Positions 21,961 to 29,930 of a DNA stretch of 29,930 nucleotides are shown one piece after another (the stretch's first letter is position 1; each line of letters starts with the position of its first letter). The position numbers and the translations under genes are program-made. Source of the stretch: Macrostomum lignano (lineage: Eukaryota). Location: positions 96,500-126,429 of the forward strand of contig NIVC01001299.1 of NCBI GenBank assembly GCA_002269645.1, read 5' to 3'. The notes below the pieces were generated by a model. The model was not told the DNA's origin. It saw only the letters and a program-made list of their open reading frames with translations, and made no database searches.

Positions 21961-22384
21961 CAGGGGTGTCGCCATGGATTTTTTGGTGGGGGGGCACCAG
22001 GCACTCATTTTTGCGCCGCAGGCAGTCATTTTGGCGCCGCAGGCAGTCATTTTGGCGCGCCGCAGGCACTCATTTAGCACCGCAGGCACTCATTTTAGCG
22101 CCGCAGGCACTCATTTTAGCGCCACAGGCACTCATTTAGCACCGCAGGCACTCATTTTAGCGCCACAGGCACTCATTTAGCGCCAGCACTCACGCGCCGC
22201 AACTCATTTTATTCATCTTAGCACCACAGGCACTATCTTAGCGGGCCACTCATTTTAGCGGCAGCCACATTGGCATGCCCCCGCAAAATTATTGATTTCC
22301 ATAACGGGTCACATGGGGGGGGGGGGAAAGCATTGGCATGCCCCCCACACATGTCCCCCCTGTCCCCCATTGGCGACGCCCCTG
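21961..22384. mobile_element. hAT-type MITE, 424 bp, with internal ~21-bp minisatellite
   Basis: TIR CAGGGGTGTCGCCA (21961) / TGGCGACGCCCCTG (22371-22384) with 1 mismatch, 8-bp TSD CGCGAGAT (21953-21960, 22385-22392), and internal GCAGGCACTCATTTTAGCGCC-like units at ~22000-22260. Confidence 0.92.
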
Positions 22385-22850
22385 CGCGAGATAGCAATTA
22401 AATTAAAAGCGTTCTAACAAATCTGCAACCAAGGAACGAATTATTCTGTATATAACAATTTCCGGATCCATGGCTATAATCAGAAGTTTCTACGAGTATT
22501 TTAAAAAAAATTTGGCTTCAATTAGTCCATCATTCGAGCGGTATTTTTGATAGAAAATGGATACTACACTACAGATGCTAGGCTATAACTAGCTCAGTAT
22601 ATAATGTGACTGAAATATTTCATGGACTTTTAATTTGCTTCCGCTGTCCCGATGTTATCTATGTAACAAAGCCGCAAGCTCAGGTATGGGCATGATTTAG
22701 TCTAGGGCACCGATAAGATGCAGTTTGCACGGCTGGAACAGGACCGCCTGGCTTAACCGAGTAAAGAATTCGGTAGTAACCAGTAAACAACTTGATAATT
22801 CTTGCCTTAGAAAATTGTTTAGCAGGCTGCATTAAAAACCGAAGTCGAAA

Positions 22851-23682
22851 ATGCGAGCCCGACTCCGCACGGTGACCGGTGCCGCTCAGGAGGTGGCTGG
22901 CATCACGAGAACTCACGGCTTGCTGCACATATTCCTGTCCAGAAGCACAGCTAGACGGCTCTTCTGGCTGCTTCTGTTCGTAGCTGCCCTGATCGGCTGC
23001 ACCGTCCACCTGGCCAAGTTGGTGCAGAAGTTCACCGAGCACTCCGTTGAGTCGCAGCTGAAGCTGAGGAGCGAACAAGCCCAGTTTCCCGAGGTCACAA
23101 TCTGCAACTTCAAGCCCCTTTCTGCAAGCGTAGGTCCTAATATTCTTGTAAGCAAATACTTTCCGACTTTCTGGGGCAATTTCGTCAACTGGTTCAAAGA
23201 GGACACCCCGAAGCGCCCGCAAGAATCGGATGAAAGCTATGAAAGCCGACTTGAGACGGTGTGCAAGAAGGTCCTAGACGTGATGTGGGTGTCGGACGAC
23301 ACCAGAGACATCTCCCACCTCGACGAGACCATGCTGCTGCGATGCCGCTACAACAACGAGCCATGCAGTTACAAAAACTTTTCGCTTGTCCAGACGAGCC
23401 GGTTCTGGAACTGCTACACGTTCCACCCGGACCCAAAGCAGTCGTCCAGCGGTTCTGGGGGCAGAGGAGCCAAGTTGGACATGGTTCTCTTCACCGATGG
23501 ATACATTGGCTCTTCTAGTTTTACCTACCGTCCCGAATTTTCTAATATTATTTCAAAACTAGTATGTCTTGGTCGATTGGCTTTCAATATGATAGCTATA
23601 AGCCGGCTGCTGAACAACAACCAACCTCAGTCGAATGGATTGCGAATTTTCTTTCACGAAGCAAAAAGCTACCCGTTGACTG
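22851..23682 (+). CDS. DEG/ENaC (amiloride-sensitive sodium channel family) exon 1
   Basis: TRTHG (pre-TM1 HG motif), TM1 RRLFWLLLFVAALIGC, FPEVTICN, RCRYNNEPC..NF.....RFWNCYTF and NGLRIFFHE; donor ACTG|GTACGT at 23683 (phase 1). Confidence 0.92.
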
Positions 23683-23892
23683 GTACGTATTATTTAAAAA
23701 ATAGATTTTTTGCCTAGTAAGGTTTTACTTTGCTTAGAGGGTTTATAATTGTCTTGATTTAGAACTGCAATACTTTCCAAATGCTCGAAAACTTCGAAGG
23801 TTCTATAAAAATGAACGATTCATCGAGCAAAAGATTCCAAATGCTCACTTTAGCTTTTATCGCTAAAACCTTTTACCCATGCTAAACTGCAG

Positions 23893-24749
23893 ACGCCGAG
23901 TTCGTAGACGTGGCCTCAGCCAGAAGCACCTCCATCAAACTCAGGCCGATCCACAACCGGCTCGTGTCGACGCCGAGTCGCAGGTGTTCCGAGCCTCCTT
24001 TAGAAACCATCAACTACGTCAGATACTTCTCCAACGCCTCGACGAACGTTGTTAGCAAGGAGTACTTCAAATCCATTTCAGATTTTGTATTCGAGGCACA
24101 GCAGAGCATCCTGCAAAGCAACTGCGGCTGCTACTCGCACCTGCTTCCGTTCTCGGTGAACACGAGCGACCTGTGTTACTTCGCTCCACCGCAGAATTGG
24201 ATAACCCCATCAGATGCTGTGCTCAAAAGAATCAGCTGCCATGACCTCTGGTTTGAACACGCACAGAGGCGAGGTCAGGAGCTGGTGAAAGAGTTTCAGC
24301 ACCGGATGCGGTGCGATTTTACGCAGCAACGGCCTTGGCAGCAGAGCCGCAGCTGGCCCCCGTTAAGCGCTATTCAAGAGATCTCAGAAGAACTGATAGC
24401 GCCGCTGGTCAGACATGGAATGAAGTTCAGGCGGAGCAGGGATGGAAAAAAGCAGCACATGATAAAAAAATTTCTACTTTTTTCCAGAAAGGAACATGTA
24501 TTAATGCATCTTCTTGAGCAGGACTACTGGAATTGCACGGCTTGGTTCAGTTATAATAGAACTATTGATAATACTAACACTTCCACACTCAACGAGCTTT
24601 TGGAAGAATACCTCGAGTCAGCACCGTACTGCCTTCAGCGTCGCTCATTGTCCAAAAACCTGGCAGCAGTCAGCATCAACTTGCAGAGTCCTGCGGCGGA
24701 CGCTTACGAAGAGAAGTACAAATACCACTGGACTGAGGCTCTGTCGGAG
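23893..24749 (+). CDS. DEG/ENaC exon 2 (Cys-rich extracellular region to pre-TM2)
   Basis: Acceptor CTGCAG|AC keeps the frame (G+AC = Asp, DAEFVDVAS...). The exon carries CGCYSH, several Cys and AVSINLQS...YEEKYKYHWTEALSE; donor GAG|GTGAGA at 24750 (phase 0). Confidence 0.88.
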
Positions 24750-25024
24750 GTGAGAGCTGCATTTCTGTTGCAATATTCTCGCAGGCTGCAGGTGACCAGA
24801 CCCGCCTAGACCCGCTAATTTTCATGCGCATTTTAAAAAACGGCCTTAGCCCCTCCGTCCCGCCCTGGTTCCCTTAGCGACACTGAGCTGCTCCGATCTG
24901 CCATTTTTTTTACCTCGTAAAATGCTAGCTAGCCCCACTACAAAGCTGCTTACATGTAGAAATTAGGTTGAGCAAACTGAGCTGCGCGAGCCTCAGAGCC
25001 GATTGGGTCGCGAGTCCTCCCAGT

Positions 25025-25384
25025 AAGCTACCGTCTTCCCATGGGTTCTCACCCGCTCCAATTGGCATGAGCTACCGTCTTCCCATGGGTTCTCACCCGC
25101 TCCAACTGGCATGAGCTACCGTCTTCCCATGGGTTCTCACCCGCTCCAACTGGCATGAGCTACCGTCTTCCCATGGGTTCTCACCCGCTCCAATTGGCAT
25201 GAGCTACCGTCTTCCCATGGGTTCTCACCCGCTCCAACTGGCATGAGCTACCGTCTTCCCATGGGTTCTCACCCGCTCCAATTGGCTTGAGCTACCGTCT
25301 TCCCATGGGTTCTCACCCGCTCCAACTGGCATGAGCTACCGTCTTCCCATGGGTTCTCACCCGCTCCAATTGGCATGAGCTACC
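25025..25384 (+). repeat. 44-bp minisatellite, 8 copies plus partial, in ENaC intron 2
   Basis: GAGCTACCGTCTTCCCATGGGTTCTCACCCGCTCCAA(C/T)TGGCAT with starts at 25025, 25069, 25113, 25157, 25201, 25245, 25289, 25333 and 25377. Confidence 0.97.
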
Positions 25385-25587
25385 ATCGGGTGGCCATCCG
25401 CTTGCAGCTTACTCCTGAATGACTACGGAGTGACCGAACGCTTTGCAAGGTGCCGCCTCTTTGTCTCGGTGCTCAGTGCCCAGCTAACCAGTGCCCGAGC
25501 CCCACAGCAACACGGCAGCAGGAAGCTGCAGAGACCCCAAACCAGACATCTGCTCAAATTCGAGCACTTCTCCTCGAAATCCCTCAG

Positions 25588-25719
25588 ATCGGTGGAGCTC
25601 TGGGACTTTGGCTCGGCATCAGCGTCGTGAGCACCTTCGAGCTGCTTGAGTTCATCTATATTCTGGTGCAGAGGTGCAGGAGAAACGATAGCGACTCGGA
25701 TAGCGAAGAAGAGTCCTGA
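25588..25719 (+). CDS. DEG/ENaC exon 3 (TM2 and short acidic tail)
   Basis: Acceptor CCCTCAG|ATC, then IGGALGLWLGISVVSTFELLEF (GxS filter) and stop TGA. Spliced CDS 832+857+132 = 1821 nt = 606 aa. Confidence 0.92.
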   Translation: MGGALGLWLGISVVSTFELLEFIYILVQRCRRNDSDSDSEEES

Positions 25720-25976
25720 GTTCGAATCAGCAGCTAGCTCTCTGCATTGCGATTCTGATCGTTCACTAGCTTTATTTTCACCGGCTGGTTTCTGACTTTA
25801 CAGCGGCATTGCAAATGTCGTGCTGAGTTCGATGCCTTCAGCTCATCCTCGATTTCATTTCAGAAGCGAAGATTGATAGAGAACTTCAGACGCATCGCTT
25901 CATCACTGCTCAATCTGTGAGAAATTCGTACCGCTCTGTTGACTGTTTCTAGCAATTCTTGATGCTTAACGCGATA

Positions 25977-26057
25977 AATCTCTGTATTTTACTGTCACAG
26001 CATGAAAAATCCCTGTAACTTACTGTCACAGCATGATAAATCTCTGTAACTTACTGT
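25977..26057 (+). repeat. 31-bp tandem repeat, 2.6 copies
   Basis: AATC(T/C)CTGTA..TTACTGTCACAGCATGA at 25977, 26008 and 26039. Confidence 0.85.
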
Positions 26058-26401
26058 AATTCACTGCACGGGGCTGCAAAGTGCCGAAGGCCATTTTGCG
26101 GTACGCAGAAGTGACACAGATTTAATTTTTGTTCGAGTCCCGTCTGCAGCCTCTCTCAGGTGGGCACTGATGCAGCGCTCAGCTCTTCTGTGTCTTTTCA
26201 ATATGGGGTCTAGTTTTTTTTAATATTAACAAGTGTGCAATAATTTTGACTTTTTTTGTACCTCAAACTGCGAACCGATGTGTTGCAATCGCCAAAATAC
26301 ACCAACTCACTGCTAAATACTTTCCTACATCCTTTGTTTTGAATATTAAAAAAATTATACACCATTTTATTTTACAATTTTTAAACAAACTGCAAAGACC
26401 T

Positions 26402-26673
26402 TCAATCCGCTGTGTCTGACCCTCAATCCGCTGTGTCTGACCCTCGATCCGCTGTGTCTGACTCCCAATCGGCTGTGTCTGACTCCCAATCGGCTGTGTC
26501 TGACCCTCAATCCGCTGTGTCTGACCAGCAATCCGCTGTGTCTGAACCACAATCCGCTGTGTCTGACCCTCAATCCGCTGTGTCTGACTCCCAATCGGCT
26601 GTGTCTGACTCCCAATCGGCTGTGTCTGACTCCCAATCGGCTGTGTCTGACCCTCAATCCGCTGTGTCTGACC
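26402..26673 (+). repeat. 21-bp minisatellite, ~13 copies
   Basis: CAATC(C/G)GCTGTGTCTGAC(CCT/TCC) units; this explains the heptad-repeat ORFs in the track. Confidence 0.96.
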
Positions 26674-27063
26674 TTCTATCCAGCAAAAACACTTCGTGCT
26701 CACCAATGCTAGACCTTATCAATCTTATCTGAGGTCTGACTGGGGAAACTATGTAGCTACCGGTAAGGCCATCAATTTCCACTTAGGCAAAATTGAATTC
26801 CCTATTGGAAAATCTGGATGTTACAAATTTTACATCTTGAAATTGGTGAGTTGTTGAGAAATGAAATTAAAAAATGGCGAGTTCAAGTGTATAGTTTTCA
26901 ATCAGTCAATCAATCACCCATCAAGCGCTTGAGAAAATTAGATCAAGAACACTCAATCAGAGGCTTCATGACGATTTCCAATTTGTCGCTAATGCTAAAA
27001 AACGTGAAATATAAGCGGTGGCAGGGGGCCGCTTTCCAAACTGCAAATCTTCGCCGCATCGCG

Positions 27064-28091
27064 ATGGCCGAACCGCATCAGCAGATGCTGCTGTTCCTGC
27101 TTCTCGGGAGCCTGCTGCTTGTTCACGCTGAATGCCGCTCCGCCATAGCCAAGTACGCTGTTGTCAGCGCTAGCCAGTGCCTGAACAAGTCAAAGTCGGT
27201 GTGGCAGATCAGCTCCGGGCGCTCCTCTTCAATGCTCGACTGCTTCATGTCGAGTCGGTCGTTCCGTCTCGGCAGCATCGGCGTGGTGCAGTGGAACAAG
27301 CGAGACGCCTCGTGCGCGCTGTTCCGCTTCGGTGAGGTGTGCCGCCTGCTCAACTTGACCAGCTCGTCTACTCCGACTGAGGGAGTGGCCGCTGAGAGCA
27401 CCTGCGAGACCGTGGTGGATTCGGAGTACGACGCGATCGCTGCGAACGAGCACTTCAGCGCTGTGTGGGTCGGAGACAGGGGACCGGCGCTGGAGAACCT
27501 GGTGTGCGGCTTCGAGGGACAGAGGAACCCCGTTAAGTCGCTCAATGTGACCTGGACGAGTGAGGGCGCTCGCATGGACGGAGTCTCGTCTCGGCTGTGG
27601 GTGGACGACCCCACAGGTCTGGACTTCACGGCGTCCTACACCTGGGTGCCGCACCTGAAGAGAACTCCCGAAGGCGGAGCTACATGTCATGGGGCACTTT
27701 TGACAGCGCCAGCAAAGAGGAAATTCAATTTTTTGAGAAGAAATCGCTAAATCTATGCTTAAAGTCAATTCCACTAACGAAAATTGTCTCCGGATCTGTC
27801 CTGCCCGCCAACCCTGACCGATTCTTCATTGTCGGTGTGGTCCGGGACACGGCCGCAGGCAGGATAAAATTCTTTGTCGATTCGGCTTTTCTGCGCGAGG
27901 AAACAAGTTTTGCTGCTTCAAATACGACTGCAAACAGTGGGAAGAGTTTCTGCTTGAAGATCGGCTGGCAGACTGTTTCTTCAGGCCGGAGCCTGTTGCT
28001 CAACGGAGTCATCCGGGCTGTCGCCGTGACAAGTCGGGTTCTGACTGAGGATCAGATCCGGATGCTTTTCCATGAGCAACTCGAATACTGA
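27064..28091 (+). CDS. Predicted secreted protein: signal peptide, Cys-containing (PAN/apple-like?) region and LamG/concanavalin-A-like domain; frameshift or unrecognised intron near 27680
   Basis: MAEPHQQMLLFLLLGSLLLVHAE is signal-like. Frame 1 runs to ...LDFTASYTWVPHLKR. The overlapping frame (track 27597..28091) continues FFIVGVVRDTAAGRIKFFVDS...LKIG...LNGVIRAVAVTSRVLTEDQIRMLF, matching the typical LamG-3/pentraxin C-terminal strand pattern. Confidence 0.65.
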
Positions 28092-28420
28092 GTAAGGCAC
28101 GGACGACTCAAAGTGCGCCTAGAAGGCACCTGTTGTCAATGTTTCAAATCATCTTGCTTGTCAATTGACCCGAGTTGATGCACATTGTCGTGTTTGTGGG
28201 ATCAGAAAAACTCTATATGCTCTACTCTGCATATTACCTTTCGTAAAAAATGCTAAAAAGTACACTTGAAACTTGACGCTTAAAAAAACTCCCTGCTTTA
28301 ATGCACTCGATGGGTTTGCTTCACGCGAAATGACCAAAACTCATTAAATTATTGCTAATATATATGCATAACGATAAGATCTTAAGATCGGCAATTCTCA
28401 TTTTCATTCTCAGTGTAAAT

Positions 28421-28909
28421 TGCTGAGGCCGATTCTCATGCACCCGATGGGCTGCTGAGGCCGATTCTCATGCACCCGATGGGCTGCTGAGGCCGATTCT
28501 CATGCACCCGATGGGCTGCTGAGGCCGATTCTCATGCACCCGATGGGCTGCTGAGGCCGATTCTCATGCACCCGATGGGCTGCTGAGGCCGATTCTCATG
28601 CACCCGATGGGCTGCTGAGGCCGATTCTCATGCACCCGATGGGTTGCTGAGGCCGATTCTCATGCACCCGATGGACTGCTGAGGCCGATTCTCATGCACC
28701 GATGGGTTGCTGAGGCCGATTCTCATGCACCAGATGAGTTGCTGAGGCCGATTCTTATGCACCAGATGAGTTGCTGAGGCCGATTCTTATGCACCAGATG
28801 AGTTGCTGAGGCCGATTCTCATGCACCAGATGAGTTGCTGAGGCCGATTCTCATGCACCCGATGGGTTGCTGAGGCCGATTCTCATGCACCAGATGAGTT
28901 GCTGAGGCC
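28421..28909 (+). repeat. 32-bp minisatellite, ~15 copies
   Basis: TGCTGAGGCCGATTCTCATGCACCCGATGGGC; later copies are 31-bp variants (CACCAGATGAGT). Confidence 0.97.
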
Positions 28910-29360
28910 AATTCAATCTGAAAATCTGAATCCGTATCAGCTCGACAGAAATGAGGGACATGTCCGTATAGCAGAGCATCCAGTGTCGAAGGATAGCCGT
29001 GAAACCGTCTCCGCCTGGCTTGGCGATGGTCTCGTGAGCCGTCCTCCCTGCAGATCAACAAGTGGCTCCCAGTCGAGGGCTTTCAGCATTTCAAGGAGCT
29101 GCTGCCCAGACTGGGTGTGGAGGGCCTGCTGGTCTTCAGGACTTAGGCCAACTTGGTCCAACCTAGGTCAGATTTGGTCAGCCGAAAGTGGCATCTCCTG
29201 GCTTTGGATGATCAGAGCCGGCTTTCTCTTGGCCTCAGAGTCGGCAGATGAGGTGGCTTTCGATCTCTTCTGTGAGGTGATGCTACGGGCCTTTTCAGAG
29301 CTGTGGGGCGCGCTACCCTGTTGTCCAGCCTATTCAGCGCTGTAAATGTCCGGTTCTTAG

Positions 29361-29430
29361 AAGGGGTCGGCAAACTCTGGACCGCGGGCCACATGCGGTC
29401 TGCGAAGCCTCTCCATCCGGTCCTGGGGTC
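29361..29430 (+). mobile_element. Truncated terminus of a hAT (Charlie/Buster-like) element
   Basis: AAGGGGTCGGCAAACTCTGGACCGCGGGCCACATGCGGTC matches the characteristic CAGGGGTC.GCAAAC...GGCCCGCGGGCC.CATGCGGCC end pattern of this group; no partner end was found in the window. Confidence 0.55.
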
Positions 29431-29474
29431 CTTTGAGACTTTACAATAGCCAACCGGCCTGCTCGAGGTGCTGT

Positions 29475-29663
29475 GTCTTTTTCAGCTCTCTTCTCTCCTT
29501 TAGTTTCTCTACCCTCTCTCCTCTCTCACTTCTCTCCCCTCTCCTCCCTCCCCTCTCCCCTCTTTTTCTCTCCTCTCTCTCCTCTCCTCTCTCCCCTCTT
29601 CCCTATCTTCCTGTCTCCCCTGTTCTCTCTCCCCTCTCCTTTCCCCCCTCTTTTCTCTTTTTT
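29475..29663 (+). repeat. CT-rich low-complexity (polypyrimidine) tract
   Basis: Almost exclusively C/T, with CTCTCC-like units. Confidence 0.9.
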
Positions 29664-29892
29664 ATTAGAGGCAGGGGGGTTGTGTGCACCCTGGCGCACT
29701 TTAAGCGACATAGGCACACAAGCGCGCGGATACGTACGCAGGCACACACTCACACAGGAGTGCACAGCGGCCCTAACTTTATTTTATCGTTAGGCATGTA
29801 CACTTCACTGCGCCTTGGGGGGTTGGCTCTCAAGGCCGTTAATTACACGAGCAGAGCCAAGCCGAGATTCCAATTTAGCCCCAAAATTAATG

Positions 29893-29930
29893 TGACTGCA
29901 CTTGGAATCGAGCCTGGGTCGCTGGCACAC
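29893..29930 (-). other. Possible tRNA-derived SINE fragment (B-box-like)
   Basis: The minus strand reads GCGACCCAGGCTCGATTCCAAGTGCAGTCAC, with GGCTCGATTCC close to the Pol III B box. Any A box would lie beyond the window end. Confidence 0.3.

Noticed and set aside
22680-23436. Minus-strand ORFs overlapping ENaC exon 1
   Set aside because: They are antisense shadows of the channel coding sequence.
26072-26151. tRNA-like segment (GGCTGCA...TGCAGCC ends, GTTCGAGTCC B-box-like motif)
   Set aside because: The T-arm stem cannot pair (TTTTT against TCCCG) and there is no proper D-arm or 7-nt anticodon loop. At most it is a degenerate SINE head.
26263-26732. Heptad-repeat ORFs (GQTQRIE, SDPQSAV, VRHSRLG)
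   Set aside because: They are stop-free readings of the 21-bp minisatellite in several frames at once, with no evidence of real coding.
26818-27063. N-terminal 82 aa of track ORF 26818..27750
   Set aside because: AT-rich and starting at TTG. The signal-peptide-like sequence begins at ATG 27064, so this is probably 5' non-coding sequence.
29473-29793. Leu/Ser/Pro-rich and Arg/Gly/Glu-rich ORFs
   Set aside because: They are products of the CT low-complexity tract.

Overview
Eukaryotic (GT-AG introns), repeat-dense invertebrate genomic DNA. The gene types and minisatellite style suggest a flatworm such as Macrostomum, but that is an impression, not a search result. Layout: (1) 721-10611 is one ~9.9-kb near-perfect palindrome with ~4.8 and ~5.0 kb arms, a GC-rich imperfect hairpin centre and a 6-bp flanking direct repeat (ATTGTA), with no recognisable coding capacity; this is the most unusual object in the window. 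(2) 11.2-12.9 kb holds a loxP-like 16-8-16 inverted repeat, a 28-bp triple repeat and an intronless, disrupted ALKBH2/3-like dioxygenase ORF. (3) 13.3-22.4 kb is a stack of transposons: two hAT-type MITEs with 8-bp TSDs and a decayed minus-strand non-LTR retrotransposon (ORF1, APE, RT, RNase H, CCHC) interrupted by two unclassified insertions. (4) 22.85-25.72 kb is an apparently intact three-exon DEG/ENaC channel gene (606 aa). (5) 27.06-28.09 kb encodes a secreted protein with a LamG/concanavalin-like domain and a frameshift or unrecognised intron. Several minisatellites are interspersed. All calls come from reading the sequence by eye; no database searches were run.
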